Position numbers and translations under genes: made by a program. The notes under the pieces are model-generated. The model was not told where the DNA came from and searched no databases. It saw only the letters and a program-made list of their open reading frames with translations. From Macrostomum lignano (taxonomy: Eukaryota): DNA of 64,000 bases. This document shows, one piece after another, positions 9,700-21,839 of the stretch. Every line of letters begins with the position of its first letter. The first letter of the stretch is position 1. The stretch is taken from the NCBI GenBank assembly GCA_002269645.1, contig NIVC01001722.1, positions 1 to 64,000 on the forward strand. The letters run 5' to 3'.

Positions 9700-12120
9700 C
9701 CCCGCGCGGTGTGATTGGCTGTTATGGGGTAGAGCCCGTCGGAAGGGGTTGTGGTGGGGTGGTGGGCTGGAGCTGCCTTGCAGCCCTATCTCTCTCTCCC
9801 CTCCGCGTGTGCCGGCTGTTTAGGCAGTCGCGCCGCACTCTGGGTCTGTGTTTACAGACTTTCTAGCTCATGCTTAGTCTAATTCTGGTTGCCAACTTGC
9901 CCTCGGCCTTGACGACTTTTTCGTCAAGCGCGACCGCTGTTTTTCGTTATTTGTACGAAAAACAGCCGGCATTGGTTGCTTAAATTGCTACAACCTCAGC
10001 TACAACGCCATTGCTGGTTGCCAGAGAGCCTCCTGCTCTTACCGCCACATCTGCAAAGTGAAGGGCTGTGGGCGGCAGCATCCTGCTCATCAGCACCAGC
10101 ATCCTGCTCAACTGCTCCAGCGCGGTCCTGATGACTCGCGGCCAATGCAGGAGACAAAAAACTGAGTGAATTTTATAGTGCTTTTAATCCTCCGCGTCAA
10201 CCAAATTTTAACTCCTCTGCTGGTGACTTGAAGGCTTCCGCTTGGGAAAAGCTGTTGCATAACGACCCCGACAAGCAGTATTTGATGAATGGTATTGTTC
10301 ACGGCTTTCGTCTGGTTAATAATAAGCAGCCTAATATTACTACTCTGAGAGATAATTACGCATCCGCTAGCCAGAATGCCGCCAAGGTGGAAGCTCAGCT
10401 TCTGGATGAGCTTCGGCTAGGCCGCTACACCATTACTCAGGAGCCTGTGAAAGTGAACCCCATTGGTGCCTTGCCTAAAGCCAACGGGAAAGTCCGCCCC
10501 ATTCACGATCTGTCTGCTCCGCTCGGCGACTCTGTTAATGACTACTATCAGCAGGAGAAAGGCATCCGTTTTGGCTCCGTTCGAGAATTCAAAAAGCATT
10601 TAAAGCCCGGTTCCTTCATGGCCAAAGTGGATTTGAAAGATGCCTACAGGTCCGTCGCCATCAGTCCTGATGACCAAATTGTCTTACTGGTTTGAAGTGG
10701 CGCTTTCTAAGCCAGGACTGCGAGACTAAGATGTTCGACACCAGGCTGCCTTTCGGTTCGCGCGCCTCCTGTGAGATTTTTCACCGGCTCTCATCAGCGG
10801 TGAGGCGCTACATGGTGCGGTGCGGTTTTCATGCCACCGTCAACTACCTGGACGATTGGGCGATCGCAGCTGACACGAAGAGCGGGGCCCGGCGGGCCTA
10901 CGATTTTCTGACTAATCTGCTGCAGTCGCTGGGGTTCACTATTAACTGGGATAAGTCGACTCAACCTGTGCAACAGTTGGTTTTTCTGGGAATAAGCATC
11001 GATACGCGCAAGGGCACGATGAGTCTTCCTGCTGACAAAGCCAGTGAGATCGACAGCCTGCTGAGGGACTGCGGCCGCATGCAGACCATTCGCCTCAAGA
11101 CTATGCAGAAGCTGGTGGGAAAGCTCGGCTGGCTGTGTCAAATCAATGGCGGCCTTTCCTTGGGCCGCTGATTGCCTCCATGGACTATGACTGCAAGGCT
11201 CCAATTTTGGTTACGTCCGAGCTGAAAATGCATCTGGATTGGTGGCGGGAAGCGCTGGACTGGTTGCCGCCTAGTAGTCTATGGCCAAACTACCAGCAGC
11301 TCGCAGCGATCGAGTCTGGCAGCTGCACCAAAGGTGCGGCAGGCATTCTGAGGACCTCAACTGTCACTGACTGGGTCTACATCAACTGGGAGAGAGACTT
11401 TAATGGCCAGTTCATGAATTTACACATCAACTTCAAGGAAGCCATGGCTCTGCTGTTGACTGTTTTAAAGTTTCGCTCGACTCTGGTCAACACCAAGGTT
11501 GTGGTGTATTCTGATAGTACCGCCGCTGTCGGCATGATAAAGCGCCTGTCCTGCAGTCATCCCGATCTCCTTCGGATCTATCAAACTGTGTCTTTGTTGT
11601 GCATTCGTGATGGTATTTGTATTGACGCTTATCACCTGCCGGGTCGTATGCAAATTTCTAGTGACGCTGCGTCTCGTATGCTCGGTTCTCGTGCTGAATT
11701 GCTTAACTTTTGCTTTCGTTTTTATGGTCACATCTGCCTTTTGACTGACAATTTTTCCATGCACGCAATCTCGGTGTGCTCTCGCGCCGCCCTCCGCTTT
11801 CAGGTCGCCTCCGCTCTCGGGACGGGCCGCCCCAGAAGGCAGTCTCCGCCGGTCTGCTCTGCCGCCTCGCCCTTGCAGATAGTTCCTGGAAATCCTACTG
11901 CAGCCAATTCAAGGCCTGGCGTGTGTTCTGTGATCAGGCGGGCATCGGTCCGACCACCGCCAGCGAGAGCGACCTGTGCCAGTACGTCGTCCACCTGGTG
12001 CAATCACGAATTAGCGCCTTCTCAGCCCTGCGGTCCTACATCAATGCCGTCTCGGTGCTCCACCAGCTGGCCGGCTCGCCAGACCCAGCTGCAGCGCATT
12101 TTGCAGCGAAAACTATGTAA
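9700..12120 (+). mobile_element. Degenerate, 3'-truncated tyrosine-recombinase retrotransposon (DIRS/Ngaro type)
   Basis: Order is gag Cys/His tail (CYNLSYNAIAGCQRASCSYRHICKVKGCGRQH, ~9962-10167), RT (KVRPIHDLS, KVDLKDAYRSV, LPFGSRASC, NYLDD), RNase H (HINFKE, YSDSTAAV, HLPG), then an overlapping ORF 11776-12120 resembling the YR N-terminal domain (SWKSYCSQFKAWRVFC). Frameshifts near 10690 and 11140; the recombinase catalytic domain is missing. Confidence 0.85.
10228..11171 (+). pseudogene. DIRS-type reverse transcriptase, frameshifted near 10690
   Basis: ORFs 10228-10695 and 10692-11171 join into one RT containing the YLDD motif. Confidence 0.85.
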
Positions 12121-12339
12121 CAGTCTCCAGTGAAATTTGCAGGATTTGAAAGCGCAAGCGTCCTTATAATGTAGTTCTCCAAGCCTCATATTCGTGTGCT
12201 TGTGTCTGTACAGTGGGTATCGCTGACTGCAAACTGACTGTCGTCCTGATTTGCCCTAAGTGCCCAAAAGCATCTCAGCAAACCATGCTACTACAAGTAG
12301 TGCAGTGTAACCTAATTTCATCACTCTCTGAACTTACCT

Positions 12340-12770
12340 CTGCGGCTCATGGAGGTTTGCTGAGATGTCAAGGTTCATGAGTAGATTGCTGAAATGCTGC
12401 GGCTCATGGGGGTTTGCTGATATGTCAAGGTTCATGAGTAGATTGCTGAAATGCTGCGGCTCATGGGGGTTTGCTGAGATGTCAAGGTTCATGAGTAGAT
12501 TGCTGAAATGCTGCGGCTCATGGGGGTTTGCTGAGATGGCAAGGTTCATGAGTAGATTGCTGAAATGCTGCGGCTCATGGGGGTTTGCTGATATGTCAAG
12601 GTTCATGAGTAGATTGCTGAAATGCTGCGGCTCATGGGGGTTTGCTGATATGTCAAGGTTCATGAGTAGATTGCTGAAATGCTGCGGCTCATGGGGGTTT
12701 GCTGAGATGGCAAGGTTCATAAGTAGATTGCTGAAATGCTGTGGCTCATGGGGGTTTGCTAAGATGTCAA
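12340..12770. repeat. 57-bp minisatellite, ~7.5 copies
   Basis: Unit gtcaaggttcatgagtagattgctgaaatgctgcggctcatgggggtttgctgagat. Confidence 0.95.
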
Positions 12771-13002
12771 GATTAATTGGGAGTTTTTGGTAGGCCATCA
12801 TCAAAGAGACAGTTTGGGTTAAGCCATGGCTTAAAGGGAGGCTTTGATCCCAAAGCTCACGTGGTGCTGATATTTTCGGCTAGATTGCTGGTTTTCGGGG
12901 CTGATACTGTTTTTGCTTTAAGCATCATTTTCCCTAAGATACTAACAATTACAAAACCTACATTTAGTTTATAAAAAATGCATTTATTTCTTTCTTTCTT
13001 GC

Positions 13003-13028
13003 TTCCTCACGGGGGCGTAGATTGCTAG
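13003..13028 (+). mobile_element. Helitron-like 3' terminus (degenerate hairpin plus CTAG|T) of a probable non-autonomous element
   Basis: cctcacgggggcgtagattgctag|t closely matches the 3' end of the large Helitron (ccccaacggggggcgaagattgctag|t); 5' end not located. Confidence 0.55.
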
Positions 13029-13811
13029 TTCCATCTAAAATTTCGATAATGCATCAAAACAGCAAAGGAAATGAAGCATCTCTCAGCGGTAAAAGGTGTG
13101 AAAATGGTTAAATTCCTGGATTCGGCTAAAGACGCCAAATCAACGTTTTTCTTTTTCTATCGATTCCGCACGTCAATAGAAGAATGAAGCTTTTGTTTCG
13201 AAATCAAACAGGCTTTTCTGAACAATTGACGTGTTGGTGATGCGCCATGCGTTTTACAATAGGGCAACAGCTCAATTTGAATGGGGCAACTCAATAGGTT
13301 TTCCTTCTCGAAAAGGCTGCACGAATGATCAGGCGCACTGGATATTTAAGAAATAAAATTTTCAGAATCTTTAAAACCCTTCAGTGCTTTTGTTTACATA
13401 TGGGAAAAGTGAACAGTTTGCATGCTTTCCATGCATGTTCTTTTCCGGTCGCGATTGCGTAACACAAGCGTAATATTATTATTTTTAATTTCGGCAGCCG
13501 TAAGATTATCATAAGACGGCCGGCTTCAGGATATTTCAGAATCTGAACTACCGGTGATTTGCATCAAAATGGAACAGTAGCTCTTTGGTCTTATGACTTG
13601 ATCTGATGGGAATTATAGACAATCTGTGACAAAAAGTATGAAGTAAAATCTAGGTTGCATCATAGATAGGAACTAGCAATCTTCGCCCCCCGTTGGGGGG
13701 CATCTGTATAGAATCTCTGTTCTCTACAAGTAACAAAAAGACAGCCAAATAAAGCCTTGACAAAGACAACAGACAAACTGCTCAAATAAAGTGTAATGCA
13801 AAAAGAAATCA

Positions 13812-14005
13812 TCCCAGACAGCAAGCATCCCCCAGATAGCAAGCATCCCCCAGATTGCAAGCATCCCCCAGATAGCAAGCATCCCCCAGATAGCAAGCAT
13901 CCCCCAGATAGCAAGCATCCCCCAGATAGCAAGCATCCCCCAAATAGCAAGCATCCCCCAGATAGCAAGCATCCCCCAGATAGCAAGCATCCCCAAATAG
14001 TAAGC
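13812..14005. repeat. 18-bp minisatellite, ~11 copies, inside the Helitron 3' region
   Basis: Unit agcaagcatcccccagat. Confidence 0.95.
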
Positions 14006-14114
14006 ATCCACCAGACAATAAGTAGCTAGTGCCACAATTTCCTTAGCTCTATAGTGGCTCCTTTAAAATTGGCATGACGCTTACTTTTACGTTTGAAATT
14101 GTGTATCTTTTATG

Positions 14115-14275
14115 TTTGACATGGTGGCTTTTTAGTGTTTGACATGATGGCTCTTTAATGTTCGACATGGTGGCTCTTTAATTTTTGACATGGTGGCTCT
14201 TTAATGTTCGACATGGTGGTCCTTTTATGCTTGACATTGTGGCTCTTCAATGTTAGACATGGTGGCTCTTTTATT
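14115..14275. repeat. Degenerate 23-bp tandem repeat, ~7 copies
   Basis: Unit gacatggtggctctttaatgttc. Confidence 0.8.
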
Positions 14276-15412
14276 TTTAACGTTTGTTAAACGTTTTTGA
14301 CGTTTGTAACGCAAGAATTTTTTGTATTTTTTTGCGAATAAACTTGAAAAGTACAAAGTGAAACTTATGAACATGGCATTAAAAGTACAACCGATATGTC
14401 ACGTATACATAGCGTGTGCAATGGCTGCATGTGACCAGATGAGTTCCTTTAATACTCTACGTTAGTCTATAGTCGCAGCCCTCGGATTCGCTCATTCCTG
14501 CCCTCAAATCCATAGTCAGAACAATCAGTTCGGCTCTATATTTCCTTAGCCTTTGCGCTTTGCCACAGACTATTCATATTTGTTTCGCCAAAGATTAAGA
14601 AATGAAGTAAGACAAAAGCTCCATTCAGGGCCTTCGCCTTAGTTAAAATTGACATCTTGTGAGTTTCGTATATTATTCAACTTTCAATATATGGAAGACG
14701 AAGGCCCCGTCGCAAGTTGATGCAAATCGTTTTTTATGAGCTTACAGTCCACAGTTGTTACAGGTGACTTGAGATATTTTTGATTTTTGAAAAAAAGACT
14801 GTCACTCATAGTTTGCGTAAAAATCCATATACTAAAATTCACTCTAATGTTAAGTTTTTGCGAACCTTGGAAAACTAAAAACAAAATTGTTTCGTCTTTT
14901 GCATAAATTTGCGATATAAAATAAGTAAAGTTTTTACACGAATTATAATGAAATTTCAGGGGAAAAATAAAAGACAAAATTAACTGCTCATCAAAGATTG
15001 AATTCATTAAAAGCAGTGCAAAAGAAGGTTTGTTTCAAAAGTTACTTTCGGCTAATATGAAATTGCCTTAAAATACAAATTAACTGTAAAGTGCAAATTG
15101 ACTGTAAAAATTAGTACAATGAATTAAATAAGCCTAATTGAGCTTCAACATAAAGTTCATCAGCTATTAGCTCGTACTCACTGCCATGCAATATCTACGC
15201 TTCGTTAGAAATGAGGTTGGGGCAATAAATTTCCTGCGATTCTTTTAGGAATGAGAGCTATTGACAGCTATTGCTTTAGAGAATGAGAGCTATTACTTAA
15301 GAGATATGGGGAAATAATTATTCTATTTTTCCTTAAAAATAAATGAATATACTTTCTAGCCTTTTGCATGAGGAAAATTATTGCTCACCCCTCATTTTTT
15401 ACGATAAATAAA

Positions 15413-18400
15413 TTAGTCTTCAGTGAGAACTTCTGGAAACACAACGTTTCTGGTCCTTGTTCCCGGAATCCGGACGCGAACATTTGCCGCGTTCTTTGCT
15501 CGTGACAGCGCCGTGTACAGCTGGCCATGCGTGAAGCAACCGACTGACAGGTCACGCCAACTGTGTCCAGAGACTGTCCCTGCGACTTGTGAATCGTCAG
15601 GCAGAAACTCGGCTTCACAGGGAACTGCAGCCGCTTAAAACTGACGGGGAGGTCCGCATTGCTAGGAATCAGCGGGATTCGCGGCAGAAGAATCTCGTCT
15701 CCCGTGAACTGGCCGGCGGCAATCTTGCATCTAAGCACGTTCTCGCCCATTGCGAGTATGATCAGCCGCGTACCATTGCACAATCGTGGCGGGTTGATGT
15801 TCCTGAGAAGAACTACTGGCATACCCACTTTTAGCCTCAGCAAGTGAATCGGAAAGTTCGGGGCATCCAGCTGGTTGAGCAACTCAGGCGGGAAGTGCGT
15901 AGCGGCATCCTCATCGGCCACACTGTCTATTGAGCGGTACTCCCGCAGGCTGCCGGGGAACATGCCCAGGCACGTCTCGTTGATGGCATCCACTGAGTCA
16001 TTGTACGGCGCCAGGATCGCTCGGCTTGCAAAGTAGCCGTCCCTCTCCACTGAGGCCTCAAACGATGGGTACACAAAATTTATAAGATCATTGAGCGGCG
16101 CCTCCGCAGAAATGATGATCTCAGCAGGAAGAGACACTTTCTCCTCTGCATCCTGCTCAATTGTTCCGGATCCGATCTGGGGGAGTTAAAAGTCAAATAT
16201 TTAAAACGCTAGACAGACTTTAAGCAAGGCATTCTTGAATAAGCCACAATTTTTAAAATGGAGCTCTCAACACGAAAGAAACCGAACATCCTTAAATCTT
16301 CCAATAAATAAACTGATGAAAACAAACTTACCTGCTTGAGTAGCTCGGTGTATCTCAAATACGTTGCAGAATCGGAACTGCTCAGCAATCGGATGTTTCT
16401 TGTAAGGCGATGCCGCCGGAAAAATTTCCACAGTGGGGATCTGCTGACACACGCCATGACGCTGTTGGCTCGAGTCCCATGCACCACAACGGGCAGCAAC
16501 TGGCGAAAGTCCCCAGCGCAAACGAAAACCACTCCGCCGAATGGCACGTCCTGCTTCCGCACGTCTCGCAAGCACCGGTCGACGGCCTCCAAATCCTTCC
16601 GGTTTGTCATAGAAATCTCGTCCCAGACAATTAGACGCACTGTCCGAAATACAGCGGCCTGTTTGGACTGCGCTCCAACAGCGCACACGTCTTTGCTCGA
16701 ACGGATCGCCCGAATTGGTATCTTGAACCTGGCATAGACAAATAGTTTCACCATGCCGAACATATTTACAGCACACGAAATATTTACAACTGCTTTTTGA
16801 AATATTGACAATAAATTACTCACGTTGAATGCGCCGTCTGTCCACCTGGCAAAAGAGTCGCTGCGATTCCAGAAGCCGCAACGGCGAGGGCGACTTCACC
16901 CCGGCTGCGCACGAAGGCTAGCAGAACCTCCAGCAGGAAGGTCTTGCCAGTGCCAGCGGGCGCGTCCAGGAAGTGCAAGCCGCTGGTGCCGTCCACAAGA
17001 TTCTGAGTCACGGACTCGTACACCGCTTTCTGCTCATCTGTCAGCATTGGTAAGCGCGCCTCAGTAATCAGTGCTTGCTCAACCGTATCAAACTGCATTG
17101 GTCCATCTTGAGGTGTCACGGAGGCCGCAGGCAGGCCGTACTCTGGCAGGCTTCTCCCGCCCATGGAGATCAGCATGCTCTGAAGCTCACGCAGCGCCAG
17201 GTCAGTAATCTCCTCGGTGCTCAAGTCTCGGTGGTGAAACCGCAGGTCCTCGCTGAGATCCTCGGCAAAACTGCACCAGAGGTCGCTGCCATCCTCAGGC
17301 TCACCCCATATGAGAATTACGGCCAGAAGATGTCTCAGGGCTCTTGGCATTCTTGACTGAACGGCCTCAGCTAGACACCGCCGCCAGTGATCATCTCGCT
17401 GCAGCAGGCCAAGGGCCATGCAAGCAGCCTTGGCGCTCGGATGCACAACGCCGTCCACGGTCTGCAGCGCCTCGAAGCTAGTCGGTCCCCTAACATTCAA
17501 AAGGAGCATTCGAACATAAAATAAATCACCTGCTCTTGGACTCACCGTGTACATGCGTGCAACGTTTTTGTTCCGCACTACACCCGGATGGCCATCGACT
17601 CGCACACCCTGCTTGGCCCGCCGCCACTCTCTTTCGCTGGAGTGCCACACAAAGTAGGACGGCACCTCCGTGTAGAGCAAGGACCCAGCAAATTCGTCAA
17701 TACGGCACAGCTTGAAAAACGCCGTCAACGTCGAATCCTTCGGCGTTCTCGCTTTTGCTCTTGCGGTCCCCTCGTTGAAATACACGAGCTGCTCTTCCGA
17801 CTTGTGAACGCAGAGTCGGATGACCGCCGGAAACCTGTTGTGCACCTGATCAGAAAGTGAAAGGAAAATATACAGCCTTTAAGTTTCGATCGAAATTCAA
17901 TTTATACTATGACGAGGTTTCACAGCTCTGGTTAAAATGAGCCAATAATAATTAGAATGCGAATTACTTCAAAGCCCAAGATGGTATTCACGGCTTCCAT
18001 TGGACCAATGTAGCGCGCGGACAGGTACTCCTTAATCTCATCACGCCGCGGCTCATTTCGTGTCGTTTGCGTCGGCTGCTGGTTACCCACTGCCTGCTCT
18101 CTCGGTTCAGTAGAATTCCTATTGGCATCGACTTTGAACGTCGCCATGTCGCCACCCTTTAACAGGTACTTGATCACGTACTTGACCGACTTCACAGTGG
18201 CGCAAACTTCGACGTTCAAGTGGCACGCAAACTGGAGCAACAGGTCAGGGCTGTACGGAACGACCCACCTGTTTTAATGAAAAAATAATATCATTAACTT
18301 TCAGAAACAAAAGCTGCAATGCACAACTAAGCAATATATTAGCGTTTGAACTTCCCTGTTGTCCATGCGAATGCTCCGGCCTTTGAACAGTTTGTCCACT

Positions 18401-21400
18401 GTAAATCCGCCCATCTCAGGCGATAGTCTGCGGTACAGTGGGTAGCCAGTATCGCTGGTCAGCGTCACCTGCTGGAACTCTTTCGGAAAGCCCTTGCTGC
18501 ATTCGCCATTCTCCATGCAAGGACACGCCGGATTCTCCTTGCCGCAGGGGCCATGGATCATGTGCGTCTTCACCAGCTCATACAGCACAGGCTGCTGCTC
18601 TGGGTCCGGAATCTCGGCAGACACGATGTCATCGTATCGGTCCGGAGTCACTCGCTGACCGCTCACGAGCCACAGCAGAAAGTGCACATGGGGAAGACCT
18701 GGAGCGTCAAAAAAGTATTAAAAAATATCACAAAACCTTGTAAATCTAAATTTTAATAAATCTTAAAACTTTGATTCTTGCAAGTCAGAATTTTTACTCA
18801 CCACGCTTCTGGTACTCCAGTGAGCAAACGTGAGCGGCCTCTTTCCCATAGCGCTTGGTCAACTGGGCCAGCAGAGCTTTCTTCTTCATTTCAAAGACTC
18901 GGCTAACAATGTCGGGCCGGTCTTCTGCCCGCTGTCCAGGCAGAAGCTGAGCGCTGATCTCCGGCCATTTCGGATTGCACGTTGCGGTGACAAACAGGTC
19001 CGGCTTACCGAACTTGTGAACATAGGTCATAGCGTCCTGTAGCCTCTCCATCAGGTACCTTGGCCCGCCAACGAAGCTCGAAGACAGAAGCACATGCGCG
19101 GGCTTGCCTATGTCACTCGGATCTCTGTCGGTAGACCTGCCATCAGCTGCAAACAGAGCGTCCCGCAGACCGCTGTACGTCTCGCTGCGCAGGTCCTGCT
19201 GATGGGTCCGCAAATACAGCAGCCTCTCTGCCTCAATCTTGGCACACATGTCCACCAAGTACTGCTGAAATAATCTTCGGCCATAGTGCAGCACACTGAA
19301 CTGGCCCGCTCGCACCATGATTTCGCTCGCATAGTATTTCATGGGCGTCAATTTCTTGCCATTACTCATCAGCAACTCCGGGTGCCAGCCATCTTCGCCA
19401 TTCGGGAACAGCAGCACATACTCCAGCGGGTCATATGAGCGGTGCGTCTCGCTGATTCTCTGGGAACCGCCACCACGCAGTTGAATCACGACGTCCCGAC
19501 TGGCCGGTGTGTTCTCATTGTCCTCCACAATCAGGATACCGACCTCGTTCGCCGTAGGCAAGTTGTAGCGCCTTATTTTGAACGGAGTTTGTGGGATACT
19601 GAGTTTGTACAAATTGGATAATTGGATAATTTATTACGCAAAATATCTTATTAGAATGTCTTGCAGACATACCGAATGTGTTCCCCAGATGGTCGACGGT
19701 CAGGGTGAATCACGATTCGCGCATCTCCCAACTCCGGATCTTGACTGATTCGATGAGCGACTGCCCTCAGGCTGCGGACATAGCCGTTGCACTCGTGAAG
19801 CAGCGTCTGCAATAGCTCCAGTAGCTCCGGCTTCACCTTCTGGCTGAGACTCTGGCGGCTTTCAAGTTCGCGATCATTGAAATACACCTGCCAGCCATGG
19901 GGCTCAGCTGAATCCTCTGCAAACAGCGGCGCCGTGTTGTGATGCAACTGGCCGCTGATGATGAAGCTGGGACACCAGCCTGGCACCAACCGCAGTTTGG
20001 CACCCAGCGATGTCAGGTGCAGCGCCGAGTTGTAACTCCGAATGTTGGTCAGGAACTCGGCACTCAGTCTGTGCCGCCCCAGGTACAGATCCGCCAGCAC
20101 TTGAGGCACGGTGCGGCTGGGCAGCTTTACCTTGCCTTTGGCGCAGCAGAAATTCCTCGTCTCAGAGCACCAAAGTAATGCACCGCATTGGTCGCATGCT
20201 CTGTCCATTGGGCCACAGTTATGGGCTGGCGCTTCAGGCCTGATAATCCGTTCTGGCCTGTGATTGGAAGGATTAGGATTAGGAAGGATTAATGGCAAAC
20301 AGTTTTCCCAGTTAATCTTTCAGTTTACAAAAAAATTTATTGGAATAAAACAACTTGATTTCGATGACAAATAAATTATGATGACCAGTCACACCAATGA
20401 CCTACCTCTCTTGAGCAGGTCTTGCGCCAAAATGACCTGCATTCTGCTGAGTTAATCTTGGCTCCTCTGCATCTACAATGGGCTCAGAAACTGGAATCGG
20501 ATTAGCAAATCGCAATGACTCATAATGCTCATGACGCAAAAGAATTCGGACGATTGCAATCGGTGGCTGCAAAGGGGACATACAGTACTGCAGTACAGTC
20601 CCGTTTTCTTGATAAATCGCCAGATCAACATTAAAACAACGGCTTAAAAGCGGAACAACTTCATCAGGCACATATGTGCCTTCAGAAAAAGAGGAATCAA
20701 CAATGAAATCAGCATTTTCTGGCAAAACAAAGCCTTGTTCAATCAATTCTGGCATAATCTGCACTACACGGCTCGTCAGCTCGTGTCTTAAAGATGCCGC
20801 ATCGGTCTCAAGTGGAGTGCCCTGCAACTGATCACAGACTGCATAAAAAAAACAGTTCCCATCACCAGGAATGCGAATTATGCGCAACGCATCAAAAGGT
20901 ACCACAGACGGTGTGGCCAACTCACTACTATCAAACCTGGAATATAGGAAAAAAATTATACACAACTTCATTTGCCGGTAATTAAAGTAGTGACGAATAA
21001 ATTTTATGCTATTCTATACTGATCTCTTAAATAAAACTCTTGGAAAGCAATCGACTTGAAAAGATGAGAAAAAATGCACGAAACAGATTCCAGTTTTTAA
21101 TTATATGCCCAAGTACCAATAAAACATCAGCTAAGATAGAAAATACCCCGAATTAGGCACAATGGGCACTTGGATTTTATATGGCTATAAAATATATAGC
21201 TCCAATTAAAATGTCATCCTACCTGCCAGCCGACACTCCTCGACGGCGAATTTGCTCGGCTTCCACTCGAGCTCTTCGTTGCTCTTCGGTTTCTGAAGCG
21301 CGTCGCTTCTCCGCACGAGTTCTGTCTCCAGATCTACGCTCTTCTCGCTGAGCGTCGGTTTCAGTTGCCCTTCGCTCAGCCTCCTGCTGCCGGTGTCCAG

Positions 21401-21839
21401 CCAGCCGCTCTTCTCGCTGCGCGTCAGTCTCCATGGCCGTTCGCTCAGCCTTCTGCTGCCGCAGTCCAGCCAACCGCTCTTCTCGCTGCGCGTCAGTCTC
21501 CATGGCCGTTCGCTCAGCCTTCTGCTGCCGCAGTTCAGCCAGCCGCTCCTCTCGCTGCGCGTCTGTCTCCATGGCCGTTCGCTCAGCCTTCTGCTGCCGC
21601 AGTTCAGCCAGCCGCTCCTCTCGCTGCGCGTCAGTCTCCATGGCCGTTCGCTCAGCCTTCTGCTGCCGCAGTCCAGCCAACCGCTCTTCTCGCTGCGCGT
21701 CAGTCTCCATGGCCGTTCGCTCAGCCTTCTGCTGCCGCAGTTCAGCCAGCCGCTCCTCTCGCTGAACGGCACTCTCTTGCTGACGCTTCTTCTTGGCATC
21801 TCTGCTCTTCTTCAATGCGCTGGTGCCACGTCGAGCCAT
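15413..21839 (-). CDS. Spliced Helitron RepHel protein: STPR-like repeats, OTU protease, Zn finger, HUH-Y2 Rep, Pif1-type helicase (9 exons, two lesions)
   Basis: Exons by eye: 21839-21223, 20936-20406, 20257-19673, 19571-18802, 18698-18356, 18268-17968, 17845-16824, 16728-16332, 16176-15413; phases are compatible. Motifs: GDGNC...HY (OTU), CDQC..CC, FVTATCNP, EYQKRG|LPHVH, YPLYRR, KYVIKY, DAPAGTGKT, WDEISM, GDFRQLLPV, TIHKSQGQS. Lesions: the donor at 18355 reads GG rather than GT, and there is a 1-nt deletion near 15553. Confidence 0.9.
21380..21770 (-). repeat. 69-bp coding tandem repeat (23 aa ETDAQREERLAELRQQKAERTAM), ~5.5 copies
   Basis: In-frame repeat in Helitron exon 1; the E-T-x3-R-x2-R-L pattern and 23-aa period match STPR repeats. 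Confidence 0.85.

Noticed and set aside
11776-12120. Phage integrase or prophage
   Set aside because: The YR-like fragment overlaps a DIRS-type RT-RNase H in the standard DIRS arrangement; no phage genes are present.
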